Assembly: GCF_001949145.1 (NCBI RefSeq)
Contig: NW_019091356.1
Span: forward strand, 1,925,667-1,989,666
Direction: 5' to 3'
Source of the DNA: Acanthaster planci
Taxonomy: Eukaryota
DNA length: 64,000 nt
Every line of letters starts with the position of its first letter. Position 1 is the first letter of the stretch. Under the pieces are notes generated by a model. That model had not been told where the DNA came from. It saw nothing but the letters and a program-made list of their open reading frames with translations, and searched no databases. Below are positions 22,871 to 34,800 of this stretch, piece after piece. Made by a program: the position numbers and the translations under genes.

Positions 22871-25800
22871 CTGAGAACAGAAAAAAACACTTTCATGAAT
22901 CGTACACTAAAGAACTGCGTGTTAACAGTTTTTAAGTACCCAAGACTTCCGAAAATTAACAGACGGTAAACAGACGCTTCCTGAAAACCGAGATGCGTCA
23001 TGGCATTTGTCACAATTGGTATTAAATATCTAGATAGACGTTGTTTGCAATCGATTACTAGAGATATGTGTGTCATATTTTGGCAGATCAACTTTGTACA
23101 GGCTAACTTACGGCCGAAGGTAATGAGCAATCCCCGCATACAGCTTTTGCAAACTATAATCTGATTTTCATCGCCTTTTCTGTTGTTTAATCACAAAGCG
23201 CGAACTGAAATGATTAAAACCAAAACACTCTACAATGGCACGAGAAATTAGAAAACCAAGATGAGTGATCGGCTTATTGAATAATTCTAATTGCAATTTT
23301 GTTGCATTTTATTTATTTTATTGACGTACTCTGATATATCCGGAAGTACATTTCCTGGAAACGCAAGCTGAATGTTCTTGCTACTCCCCAGATGCTTGTC
23401 GAAAAAATCCAACAAAGTTCTCAAGGCAACCGTGACGTAGGGACGATTAAAGACTGGTACCCACAAGACGTATTTCTCGTGGTACTTCCGCAGGTCACTC
23501 TCGAATCTTGCCATGTCTGCCTTGGTGGACAGTTTGTGGTATTTCTCTATGATGCTGGGGTTAAAGGTCACGACGTCCGTGCGGGTGCCTACGTCCTTCT
23601 CGTAGCCTTTGAGCGTGGCGAAATTGCACCTGACGACGAAATTGGACGAGTCTATCTGACGGCCGCAGCTGCTGTTCCGTAGCACGCCGCTGTTGCCGAC
23701 CAGGGAGCATTTCCTGTAGTGCTGGTTGCGGAACAGCAATCGCTTGGGTAGGAGTCGGTGTAGGCCCGGCGGCACGACGTTGACGTTCAGCTTCTTGGAC
23801 AGGTAGAAGCGCCTCAGCCGCCCAGTAGCCACGTCATCCGATGTCATGGTGATGACATCAAAAGGATTGAAGTACTGTTTCATGTCTTTTCTAAATGAAA
23901 AAAAGGCAAAATTGAAAATTTCGAATAATGCTATTCGGTTGTTGGGATTGTCTTCTACCATGCCTTCGTTGTCTTCGAAGTGTAGCTGCAATGAATTTTT
24001 CTGAGACGTAATTTTTCTTTAACTTTGTACTCTTCACCAGTGTATGAAAACTGTTTTACTTTCCAGTTTGGTTCAATGCATTTTAAAGGGCATGCATTAA
24101 AACAATTAAAATTATCCATGCTCTCTCGGACGACTAAGGGCGCTGTTGCTGTGAAGTCATCTAGGGAAGATATGGTCAGGTGTTTCTACTCAACATTCTG
24201 AACCCAGAATACGGGCGATTTACAATAGTGCGCCTCCAAGAGTTTGCAACGCGTTGACCAATCACAGTGCGTGAAATTTGTCCACCCTTTCTAAACGCGC
24301 ATTCGGTCGACGGCTTTCGTGCACAGTGATGGGTCAACATGTTGCAAACTCTTGGAGGCGCACTATTGTGAAACAACCGTATTTACTAACTGAAAACATT
24401 TCTGAGAGAGGGATTGGTGCTTTCATATTGCCCTGCACATAAACAACAAAGATTCAGCACAAAAGAGAAAAATGAGTCCAGGAAAATCTACAAAAATGCA
24501 GGACTTTTTGTGTACAAACCAATGCAACATTGAGGCTTCTTCCTGAGATGACATCACAGTTTTGCTCATAAATATGGAAGAACTCATTAAGCATAAAATC
24601 CCAAAGATGGTATAATACCCCTTGAAATAGGGAAACAAGGGTTGAAAATCAGGTTAACTGAGACACAGAGGTGCATTTTGAAGGTTTGTATTCCAAAAGA
24701 CTGGATTGCAGCTACTCTATTTTTAACCATTAAATTTCAAAGCAATTAAGCACAAGGACCGAACAGTCAACAGAGGTTGTTCTGACGCATCGTGTCAGCA
24801 TGAAGTCATTTGAAGACTATCACATTTGATGTTGTTTTTCTAGCAAATCAAGAATAATTAAAGTCAACTGAGGTAACTTTGGCAATTACTTTCACTTTGC
24901 TTATAAATCAAAACATGTCCGGCGCTGCACTCTCTCAGAAAACGAGTAATTAACGTATTAAGCACAAAGTAAATCCTCTGACGTCATTTTGAATGAAAGT
25001 TGTTCCGGCTATCAGGCTGGAATCGAGTCTAACCGACGTCGACAGCTGCGCTCGTGTTTTGCTTGCACGGAACAAATTGTGTACATGTGATCATGCAGTT
25101 CATGCCACAAATATAATATATGATGCAGATTTCCTGCATTGCTTAAGGATTAGCTGTTGCCGAGGGCTTATTGTGCTGCTGTCGTAATTCTTTCGTTTTT
25201 TTTCACCGAGTCCCACGGGGCCCAGTCGTCAACAGGAATAAAAAGGCCTCCCGAGGCTCATGGATTCCACTTGACTTTTCCAAAGACATGTGATAAAAAA
25301 AATGAAAAGTCAAGAGATTTGTTTCTTTCAGAAAAATGATTCGGGGGCTCAACACTGTCGTACGGGTCACTGACATCCATGGGACAACATTTAGTTGTAT
25401 GGCTTTGTGACTCCAGTTCGATGTTTGTTTACTTGCCAGCTGGTTTGCGGATTTTTCGTCGATTTATTCAAGTTGTTTTCTTGGTCATTGAGTTAGAGAG
25501 AGGTAAAGGACTGAGAAATTTATCTCAATCACTTGTCTGGTTTGATAGACCTTTTAAAAATACATAATTTAAGAATATGCATGTCTGCTGTAGTAAAAAA
25601 AAAAAGGGGGGGCGCCCACCTGGCTTCTTCTGCGGCCTCCTTATTAAAGGACCATTTGTGACTCAAGATGGCGTCCAACCTCGCTTTGGCCGAATCGTTT
25701 TCGGGTTCATCGTCCTGGTTGTCTGATCTGCATCAACAAAGCAGGGATAGTAATTCAGATCAATGTGATAACCCAAAAATCTCTCGAGTACCTCACTTAC

Positions 25801-28800
25801 CGTGACAGTTGTAAACTGTATTCAGCACCATTCTTTACCTCAAAATAGCAACTGCGCTTTAACTTGTAAAAGAATCTCGGCAGATTCAACTTCAGATAGC
25901 AGCTTCAATAATATTATGGAGTCGAAACCTCGCTAACCTTGATACCAGTGTTAAAAGGGGATAACATGTGTGATCGTTTACTTTTGCTAATAACATGTGC
26001 ACGTGCTTTAATTTTCAGCATGTGAATTCTAACCAATTTGTTTCTTCTGTCCATATTTCTAACCACATTTTTAAAGTACGGCTGAGATCTGTTCCGCTAT
26101 CCTAGCTAAAAAAAAATCAGATCTGCTTTCCAATCGCTGTTTAATTGCATAATAGAAAAATAGAAAAGGTCAGTCCACAACAACAACTTTGATCTCTCAA
26201 CAGCATCTGGGTGATAAGCCTCGGACCCACGAAGTATTTTCAGAACATTCCTCCGCATTATGACACATTACGACAAGAACCTCGTCTCCACTTTAGTTGG
26301 GGCGAAATTATAAAGGACGTGACGACGAACGAGCATAACAAGTCATGCCAATTTTACCGCACGATGACGGAGACGGACCGATGGACCTTACCTTTGTGAA
26401 GACTGGCCGGAAAGGTTTTGACACTGAACATAACTTAACACGGAGAATGCCTGTATGGGAAAACTCTCACGCAGGCATCTAATTTCAGTAGATATCTATC
26501 CCGAATTTTTTTTCCATATCTGATTTCGGGCCGTTTCATAAGCAGACACTGTTTGCTGGAACAACAGCCGTTAAAGCGTGCTTGCGGTAAAATGAACAAA
26601 CGACAAACGTTTGTGCGCCGTCCACGAAAGGCCCAATTTGGACATAATATAAATCGATGGCGGACAGCACAGGGATGCAGTCCACTAATTCAAGTGAGAA
26701 TTTCTGGCCAGCTCATTAGCATTAAAAGTGCCCCCACAGTATCTTGAAAAAAAACCTGTTTGGCCCCCAACATGGTGCAATTGTGTAAAACGTTGACAGG
26801 ATCAACTCCTTGGGTCTTTGAGCTTTCATATGAAAGCAAAATGCCTAAAAACTACGGTTGACAAATGGTCATTAGTGAAAAATGGCTGCCATCAGACTTT
26901 GGAAAAACCACTTTTCGGTGGGGAGGTGATTTTGTTTTGTGGGAATAATTAAAAACGTGATTGATTAACCCACAAAAAAATTCAAAAGAAATTGAAAGAT
27001 TAGGGATCAGACAATAGCTTAATTTGTGTTTCAGAAATCTCAGGGATGTTGGTATGCATGTTATTGGGCCCTGAACAGTGCTGATTTTACACTGTTTTCA
27101 ACGGGGCTTGAATTTGTGGACTGTACCCACAAGACTGTTGTAAGGTATGACGTCGAATGTAAGGAATCTCTCAGCTGAAAGCAACCTTCATGCCTTCTGA
27201 AAGTAAAAGCCACGTGCTGTGGGACGCCATTATTGATTTGATCATTTTTGACAGGTTGCGCGGTAGCCACAATTTTGCCTTTTGTCTTATATACCAATGC
27301 CAAACCCAACCCTCCTCTAACGTGGCCGTCGTCGTTTGATATTGATCCTTGGTGACAATACGTGCTCGAAGGGGTGATACAAATCTTAGTCGGCAGACAC
27401 CATCTCAGTGTATGGTTACTGCACACACCAATTACAGAAACTGCGTGTGAAAGGATGGGCCTTGCATAGCACAACTCAAGTTCTTCTCCACCCGTTATTT
27501 CCGACAATTCTTTTCTTAATTCTCGACTGAAAAGTTTGTCACCGAATTGTGGTGAATTTTGACGTAACAGTGCTGTCTTTGAGGACAGCTTTAAGGCACT
27601 GTTCACAACCATCACAATTTCAACTTTAAGCTAACAAGAGGGCCATAAATCTTGTTTACAGTAAGAAACATAAGCGCTTCCACTTTCAACCAGAAAATAG
27701 ACATTCATTGGTAAGAGGAGTATGTCAAAGTCTACTTGCAATTGAGCATCGAAATTTTTAATTAAAATAGAACCAACTATGATTGGACTGTTTTTCTTCC
27801 TGGAAATTTGGTTGATTACAGGGAAGTTTTGACAGCCAGTGGGGTGCGATGATTATGATCACGTGGTATCTCACGACTCTGCGGATTTCAGTCGGTTCTC
27901 ATTTCTATTCGTTTTTCTGTGCCTATGTCTCCTCTACCTGTATCGCCAAGATTAAATGGGACCTCGGGCGTTGAACTTTTTTATAGCGAAAACTCCCCAA
28001 TAATCTTTTTAACGACTCCTTGTTCAAAATTGAAGTTGACAATCATTTTGGCCCCCGTGTGGTTAAGACCTGTCAGAATCCAACGCTAACGGCCTTTGAT
28101 GCTGACCGCCTCTCTGTTACCCGCGATTGGGAAGGCCAGGTCCGACAAAATGCCGGGGTTGAGTGGCGACCTGACGACCCGCTGTCTTTGTTACGAAAAT
28201 GTGCGGGGACTCGAGAGGCCCTGGGTATGAGCTCACGCACTGCTTTTCAACCACCCAAAAGTTAAGAGAATACAATTAAAATGGACCCTTGCGTGAAATG
28301 CTTCTCCGCCGTTTGAATGGTATGAAGGAATTTCTTCGAAGGAAGGCGTCAATATTTTGTAAACAGCATGTAACAGCTGGATTCGTGACCCCCCCCCCGA
28401 AAAACTCACCACACCGTTGCTGAAAGTCACGGCTGAAAATAACGGAGCGCCGACCTTTCTTACCTCACAAAAATGATTGATTTTTGTGTGTGATTTCCCA
28501 CCGAGTTTTACGACGTGGGATTTGGCCTTGGGGGCGTCCCTGATGTCAAAGGTCATCGGGGCGCAAGGCGAGGACTACGAGGGCACATTTTCCTAAGTGC
28601 TGCGGCATTCCCAACAATTTGCCCCAGGACAATGAGCGTTGTTCGATGAACTCACTAACTTTTATCCAGGGCCGCTCATGTACTGGTGTACCTGACAACA
28701 ATTTGGTTTTGAGATTTCAGGCCCAGATTTTGGCCAATGAAAGTTGGAAGGGATGATTGTGGATGTCACTTGATGTCTGGAGACCAAATCGCGTCACGAT

Positions 28801-31800
28801 CTCAACTTTTGTTCCATGTTGAATCTTGTTGCACTGAGTCTGCAGGTCAGTTAATGTGATCAACTCTAATCCCTTAGGGTGTGTGTAAAATCATATTGAA
28901 ATCGGAGGATTTGGGACAGTTGGGCTGTGGATATTTGTTGAGGACACCAACGATCGTTTAGAATGGGAAGCCTGCATAAGAGGCCGATATCAGAGTTGCC
29001 GATGTTTACCTTGCCAGCACTTCGAATGACCTTTCGGGCCTGTGACAAGATGGCTTTGAAAGTAGAATCAATTGGCCTTGAATTCAAACATTCCCGAGCT
29101 TATTGAACATTCAAATTGATCGAAGTGAATGGACTTTGTCAAGTCAAGATTCCCGCGATTGATTGTTCCCAGAACAGATAGCGAAGCACGATTGTTTTTT
29201 CAAGTACATTTATAACTGCACGCTGTATGTGTAGACATGTACTGCCTGGTATAATGATTGTTGCCGTGATTAATATGTCGCGCAAATTATTGATATCGTT
29301 TTTGCTAAAGGGTTTGTCGATCTGTGTTGCACTGTTAAATTTTAAATGAAAGGGCTGGACTTCTGACAGCCCCGACTATGGGTAAGGCAGGTGCACATTT
29401 AAAAAAGGAAATGCAAAAGGAACTCTATCATTAATCCTGTCATCAAATTTAAGCCCAGAGGAATGACAAGTCCTAGAAGAAATACAGACATTTAAAGACG
29501 GCAATGTCCGCTTGAATGTGTCACTAACACTTATGACTTTGCCCCTCCACAAAATGCAGGTTGTTATTCGCACTTTGCCTGTCGTGTCAACAAGTGACTC
29601 GTTCTGCTTTGGCTGGCAAAAAAGAATAACACCTTTGATAATGACACATGGAATGAAAGAGGCGAAAGTCTTTCCCCTTCACACAGGAAATTAGATTTAG
29701 TCAGTTTCCACCTGTTTGGTAACCAGGCAACAAGAGTGTGGACCCTCGGTACACGTGTTATTTGACACGTTTGGTCCACAATCCGCACAAGACTTGAAAC
29801 CATCACCAACTATTGGCAAATGTGCATGAAGGCCATTGTTTCCGTGTTATGTGGGGGTTAAATTCCCCGAGTTCAACATGGTTTTCATACCCACCCTTGA
29901 GAGTAACGGTCAAACAATGAAAATAATCCTGCCGACCCCCGAGTTTACTGAAACTTTATTTTTGAAAGGGCTCGAACCCTTATGAAGATGTTTGCACGAA
30001 GTAACATAATTAACCCCCCCCGCATTCATAATAACTCTCAATTATTTGCTGTGTCCGTGTAAAAAAACAGTGTGGTTTTATCATTCCGGGAAGGGATAGC
30101 TTAAGTGAATTACTCCAAAGGCACAAACAAGCCACAAACCTCCAACATTCAAGCACCAATACCCGCTCGCGCCGGAAAGCCTTGGGGACCGTCTAGAACT
30201 TGTGATCTTCACAACACACCAGCGTAACATTTTGCAAGATTGCACAAGTGCAGCCAAGTATATACACTCTCTCTTTGACCATAATTGGGCCTGAAAATCA
30301 AAGTCCTCATGTACTACTGCTTTCGGTCACATCTGGAACGAATAATGGAAAGCCATTGCTACCTTTATTACCTGATATGATATATGGGCAAGTAATACCT
30401 AATTGAATGTGTCGTAAATCTTAGAATGTTGTCTTCGAAAGACAGTACACGTACTTCGCACGGCTTGTGCTGCCCCTTGATGCAGCTTTTCAGTTATATA
30501 AAAACAAGATGACATCAGCGATTAACATCTCAGGGCGGCAGTGGCATAAAAAAAATGCGAGATCGTCCTGAATAGTTTGTGATCATCTGTAAGCTGAAAG
30601 GCAATTAAATGTTATAAAGTTCTCTTTAAATCTCTCTCTGGGCCCGGAATGTGTATACGACGAAATTTCAATTGAAAGGAGGTCACAAAAAACACACACT
30701 TCATTGAGCGACACTTGCCTCATTTTAACAAGTTGTGGCAGTTTGAATCACTCATTCAAGCTCCGATTTGAATTAACATACGCGACTATACGGAAACCGC
30801 AAGTCAACGGCTTCGTACGTGTGATTTCCAGCCGTAGCCATGTTTGGACACTGCCCAGAAAAGGCTACCAAAAAAAGCGTCAGGTCCCCATGACACTATC
30901 CCCCACTTCACATGGCGATCTTTGCCATGCCTCCAGGGAACACGACGACAAGCAGCGTTACAATGTTAGAAAAACTTGCAGTCGATACAAATTGTGCATT
31001 AATTTCGCGCACTTTCTGTTGTTGACAGGAGTCAAGCAAGGGATAAGTGAGTGACACTAACTTGACCATGCTGTCAACCCTCCGGCTAGGAATTCAATCG
31101 TGGAACAGCTGTGATGGGTAAGCAACCACGAACAACCTTGAGGTGGCTGTTCTGTGTTTGGTGAAATGTGTAAGTTGCTATTTGATGTTTAGTGGAACAT
31201 GTGGTGTCCTCTAAAATAGGTGCCTCTTTTGGTAGGAAATTTCAGGACTTTTTGCAAACTATCTACTTTTTAGCTGTCCAGAAATGGTTTGCCAAAAATG
31301 AGTTTGGAATATAATAACGACTTATTGAAGTACTGAATTCAAATAAGACACGAGAGTCAAAGGTTTCGTGAGCGATGACATAGAATTTTCTTTCTTCCTG
31401 AATGATATCTCTATCTTTCATTCAGTTTCAAGTAAGTTGTAAATGGAACAGTCCGGGACAGTTTTAGTTAACCTGTGGAGAACATGTTTCGCTTTTCGAA
31501 GATCGCCCAGTAATGCCGCAAGCCAAAATTTCGTATGATAATTGTACAATTTCCTGGGGCTCAATTCACAGGAGGCCAAAGCTTTGTTCAAAGATTTATT
31601 CAATGCTTGTTTGACGTGACAGGAGATTGTCAAGTGTCATGTCCAATTTCTGGTGTTCGTTCAACGGCCGTCACTCCACCAGATTCGACATGATGCCTCA
31701 CCAAAGGCAAACTATCAGTCACCGACATTAAAAAAACAAGTACGGGTGTTTCTCCTGCTCTGTTCTGTTGCATGAATGACCGGGGAAGATCTATTATAGG

Positions 31801-34800
31801 TTAACCCTGTAAAAACACGAAAAACTTTCCGCCCGAGGCCTTGCTGTTCCGTTGCTGTTTTTCGATGGGTATGATTTATTGCATATAGTCGCTGGCACTG
31901 TCAGACTGTCGCATTGGCTAGGTCGTTTTCTTCTCATGCTGCCGTCAAGACAACAAAGTGCATGTCACTATGCTGTCCCGTCTCCCAGGGGATTTCATAC
32001 AGAAGTTTCTAGTTAGGCATCGACATGGTGCTGATGATGCGGAGAAATGCACTCTTGAAAAAGGCTGTTCAACTTTTATCTCGGATCTCGACGGACTTGG
32101 CTTCGATCAGTCGGCCCTTAGCATGTGCCCTTAGAGAGCTCTCGTACGATAAAAGAATAAAATGAGGAAACACAAGTTCGGGTAAGACTAAAAAGAGAAG
32201 TCTGTTATATCAGTCTAGTGTTTGCAGCCAGTCTAGTAGGATGAAAGTAGGCAGCAAAAAGGTTCGATTTATGAGACAAAGTGGATCCACGGAATAAGAA
32301 GTTTGTAGGGTGAAATATAACCCAGTAAGTTCTTTGACTTGAAGCTTTCTTAAATGTTGTCAAATCCCTCAAGCTCATGTTGTTACAAACAGATCAAAGC
32401 CGTGTATAATGTAAGAGCGGGACAATATAATGACTATTCGGTATCCGTCATTTTGGTGTAATTTGGTTGATTTTGGTGTAATAAAGTTCGACATCCACTT
32501 TAGACAATTCAGTGCATAGCCTGCAGAAACTTCAGACGAGTTTAAGTCCGGTATAAATGTTCATACCAATATTCCAGCATCGGCGCTGTTGCCAATAGCA
32601 CCCAGATGGTATTAAACTTAAGCGAGGATGTGACTTCGAAAACAACGACATTCGTGTTGAAATGCATTTGGGTGTCCCATCAATCAAACTGCAGGAAGTG
32701 CTATGCGTCGTGACCCGGTAAGGCCATTCAGACGACACTATATATTAGTTTGGCTCAATCTGTCAGTTTTTATAAATCTAATTTATTGTATTTTTTGCGA
32801 ACATGATCAAACTAAACCAATTCAACCCCCCCCCCCCGAAAAAAAACTAAAATAAGTAAACGAATACATGGGACCGGGGGTTCGGTTGGACAGCGTATTT
32901 CAAGAGAAAGCTTTAAGTAGAAAATGCCGTTAGAAAATAAACCGTTAAGTAGAAAAAGTTTACTCAATAACTCCGCCGTGGGTTTTCTCTAGGCCCATTT
33001 CAGCCTTGGTCTACGCCCAGTACAAGTATGCGCATCCATGTACGTATATGCGCATGAGCGCATGTGTATATCCACACAAACGCATACGTGCGAAGTAAAC
33101 ACAGTTGCAGCTGCGGGTAAATTAGTCCTACATGTGACACGCAATTGGATGGGATAGACGGTCTTTTCTTATGCTTAGGATGTAGCCTCCTGGTAGAGAC
33201 CATAAGGTTGCCGAACACGAACCACGTCAAATTGAAGGGGCCGACTTCTGAGTAGGCCTATGGCAAATGTCCTGCGAAATTCTTGGATTTGGCAAAGATT
33301 TCTTGGACTGCCGGGCTGACAAACAAGACAATGGCAGACGTAGAAAAGTCCGACCTTTGGCGACCGTTCACGCAGAAAGCTCTTTCGTCAGCGTTAACTG
33401 CCAGTTTCAGAAATGCACGTACCGCAGCGCTCGCACCGCCAACATTCGTCGAGCATTCTCTTCTGTAGTAGGCCTACGCCACTTATTCATGACAAGATGT
33501 TTGTTGACGTGATGTGTTCGTCTCGACTCCAATCATTTTTACACATTTTCTCTCTGTGATATCCGTGGATATCATGCGGTGAACATCCAGGCTAGTTCCT
33601 CCTCCCATAGTCTAAATTAACACCATTTCCTTATATGTCGCAAGGAGGCCGATAATTGACATCAAATCGTGGCCGCATTTCGCAAGCAGTTCCGCTTCAA
33701 ATCACACAGACGCCTGTAATTCCAAACAGATGTTTTTTTGCAACTTAGTGTGTAACAAACCGAATCGCTTGACGGATAGTGGCACGTGAACAACATGATC
33801 AATTACTGTTGTAAGGACGTGCTAAAAGCCATCAATCATTCAACGTGTTTTGATTGGGTCTGAGGACCAGAAACCGTAAAAACAAGGGGGAAACACCCGC
33901 CGAAGCAGGGCCTTCAGTCGTCTTTGTATAAACCGTTAACATTGACTGACAGGTTTTTAAAAGTGAGAACTCAGTATCGAAATTCCCGTTTTTATTGCGT
34001 CACAAAGCAACAGATTTCGTGGCAAATTTGTCTCAGCAATAAAGGTGGCCAATAATCCACATGACGTACATGTATCTTGTATTTGGCTAGCTCTCCTCTG
34101 TGTTCTATGGGGGCTGTAAATTTGCTTTATAATAGACCTACTTCCTACGCTGGGGGTTCCATCATGAGATCGGACAACAGTGTGCGTGCCTTTTCAAGCA
34201 AAACCCAGATATACCCCTGTCAGCATCTGTGTCGTCAGAGAGAACACTCCTTTTACAGCTGCAAATATGCTAACGGTGTAGGAGTGTTGAGCGCTGGAGA
34301 CATTTCCCGTCGTCTCAGCTTAAAACTAAAGCTAGCGCGCTCTCTTTCTGTACTTTCTGCTTAAAGGTATTCGTACATCGGACAAAAATCGCTGCTGGGT
34401 TCTGATTCGAAAATGACGCTCTTGAGGTAGTTTCCCCAGTCAGTGCGATTGCAGCTTTCAGTTTTGTTCGAACGGACCAAGAGAGGACTAACACTTTGAG
34501 CAGTGACTTATCATTCTGTACATTTTTATGGCTGGATGTGTTTAGTTTAGTTTTTAAAGCACGATGTCTCGCAGCCTATAGCGGCTGGATTTCACATCAT
34601 CTGCATAATCGAAATAGACAGTAACATCAAAATTAACTGTTAAAATAACAAAACATGATGTTCTCCGTTCACGAGGGTGCGCTAAGTGCAGCATTATACA
34701 TGTATAAAAAGCTTGTAATTCGGAGTGGAGCGAGGTTTGCGACATCCATTTTAAACCCTCGTCGCACCGAGGGAGACAAAGGTCCTTTCTAATTTCCCGA

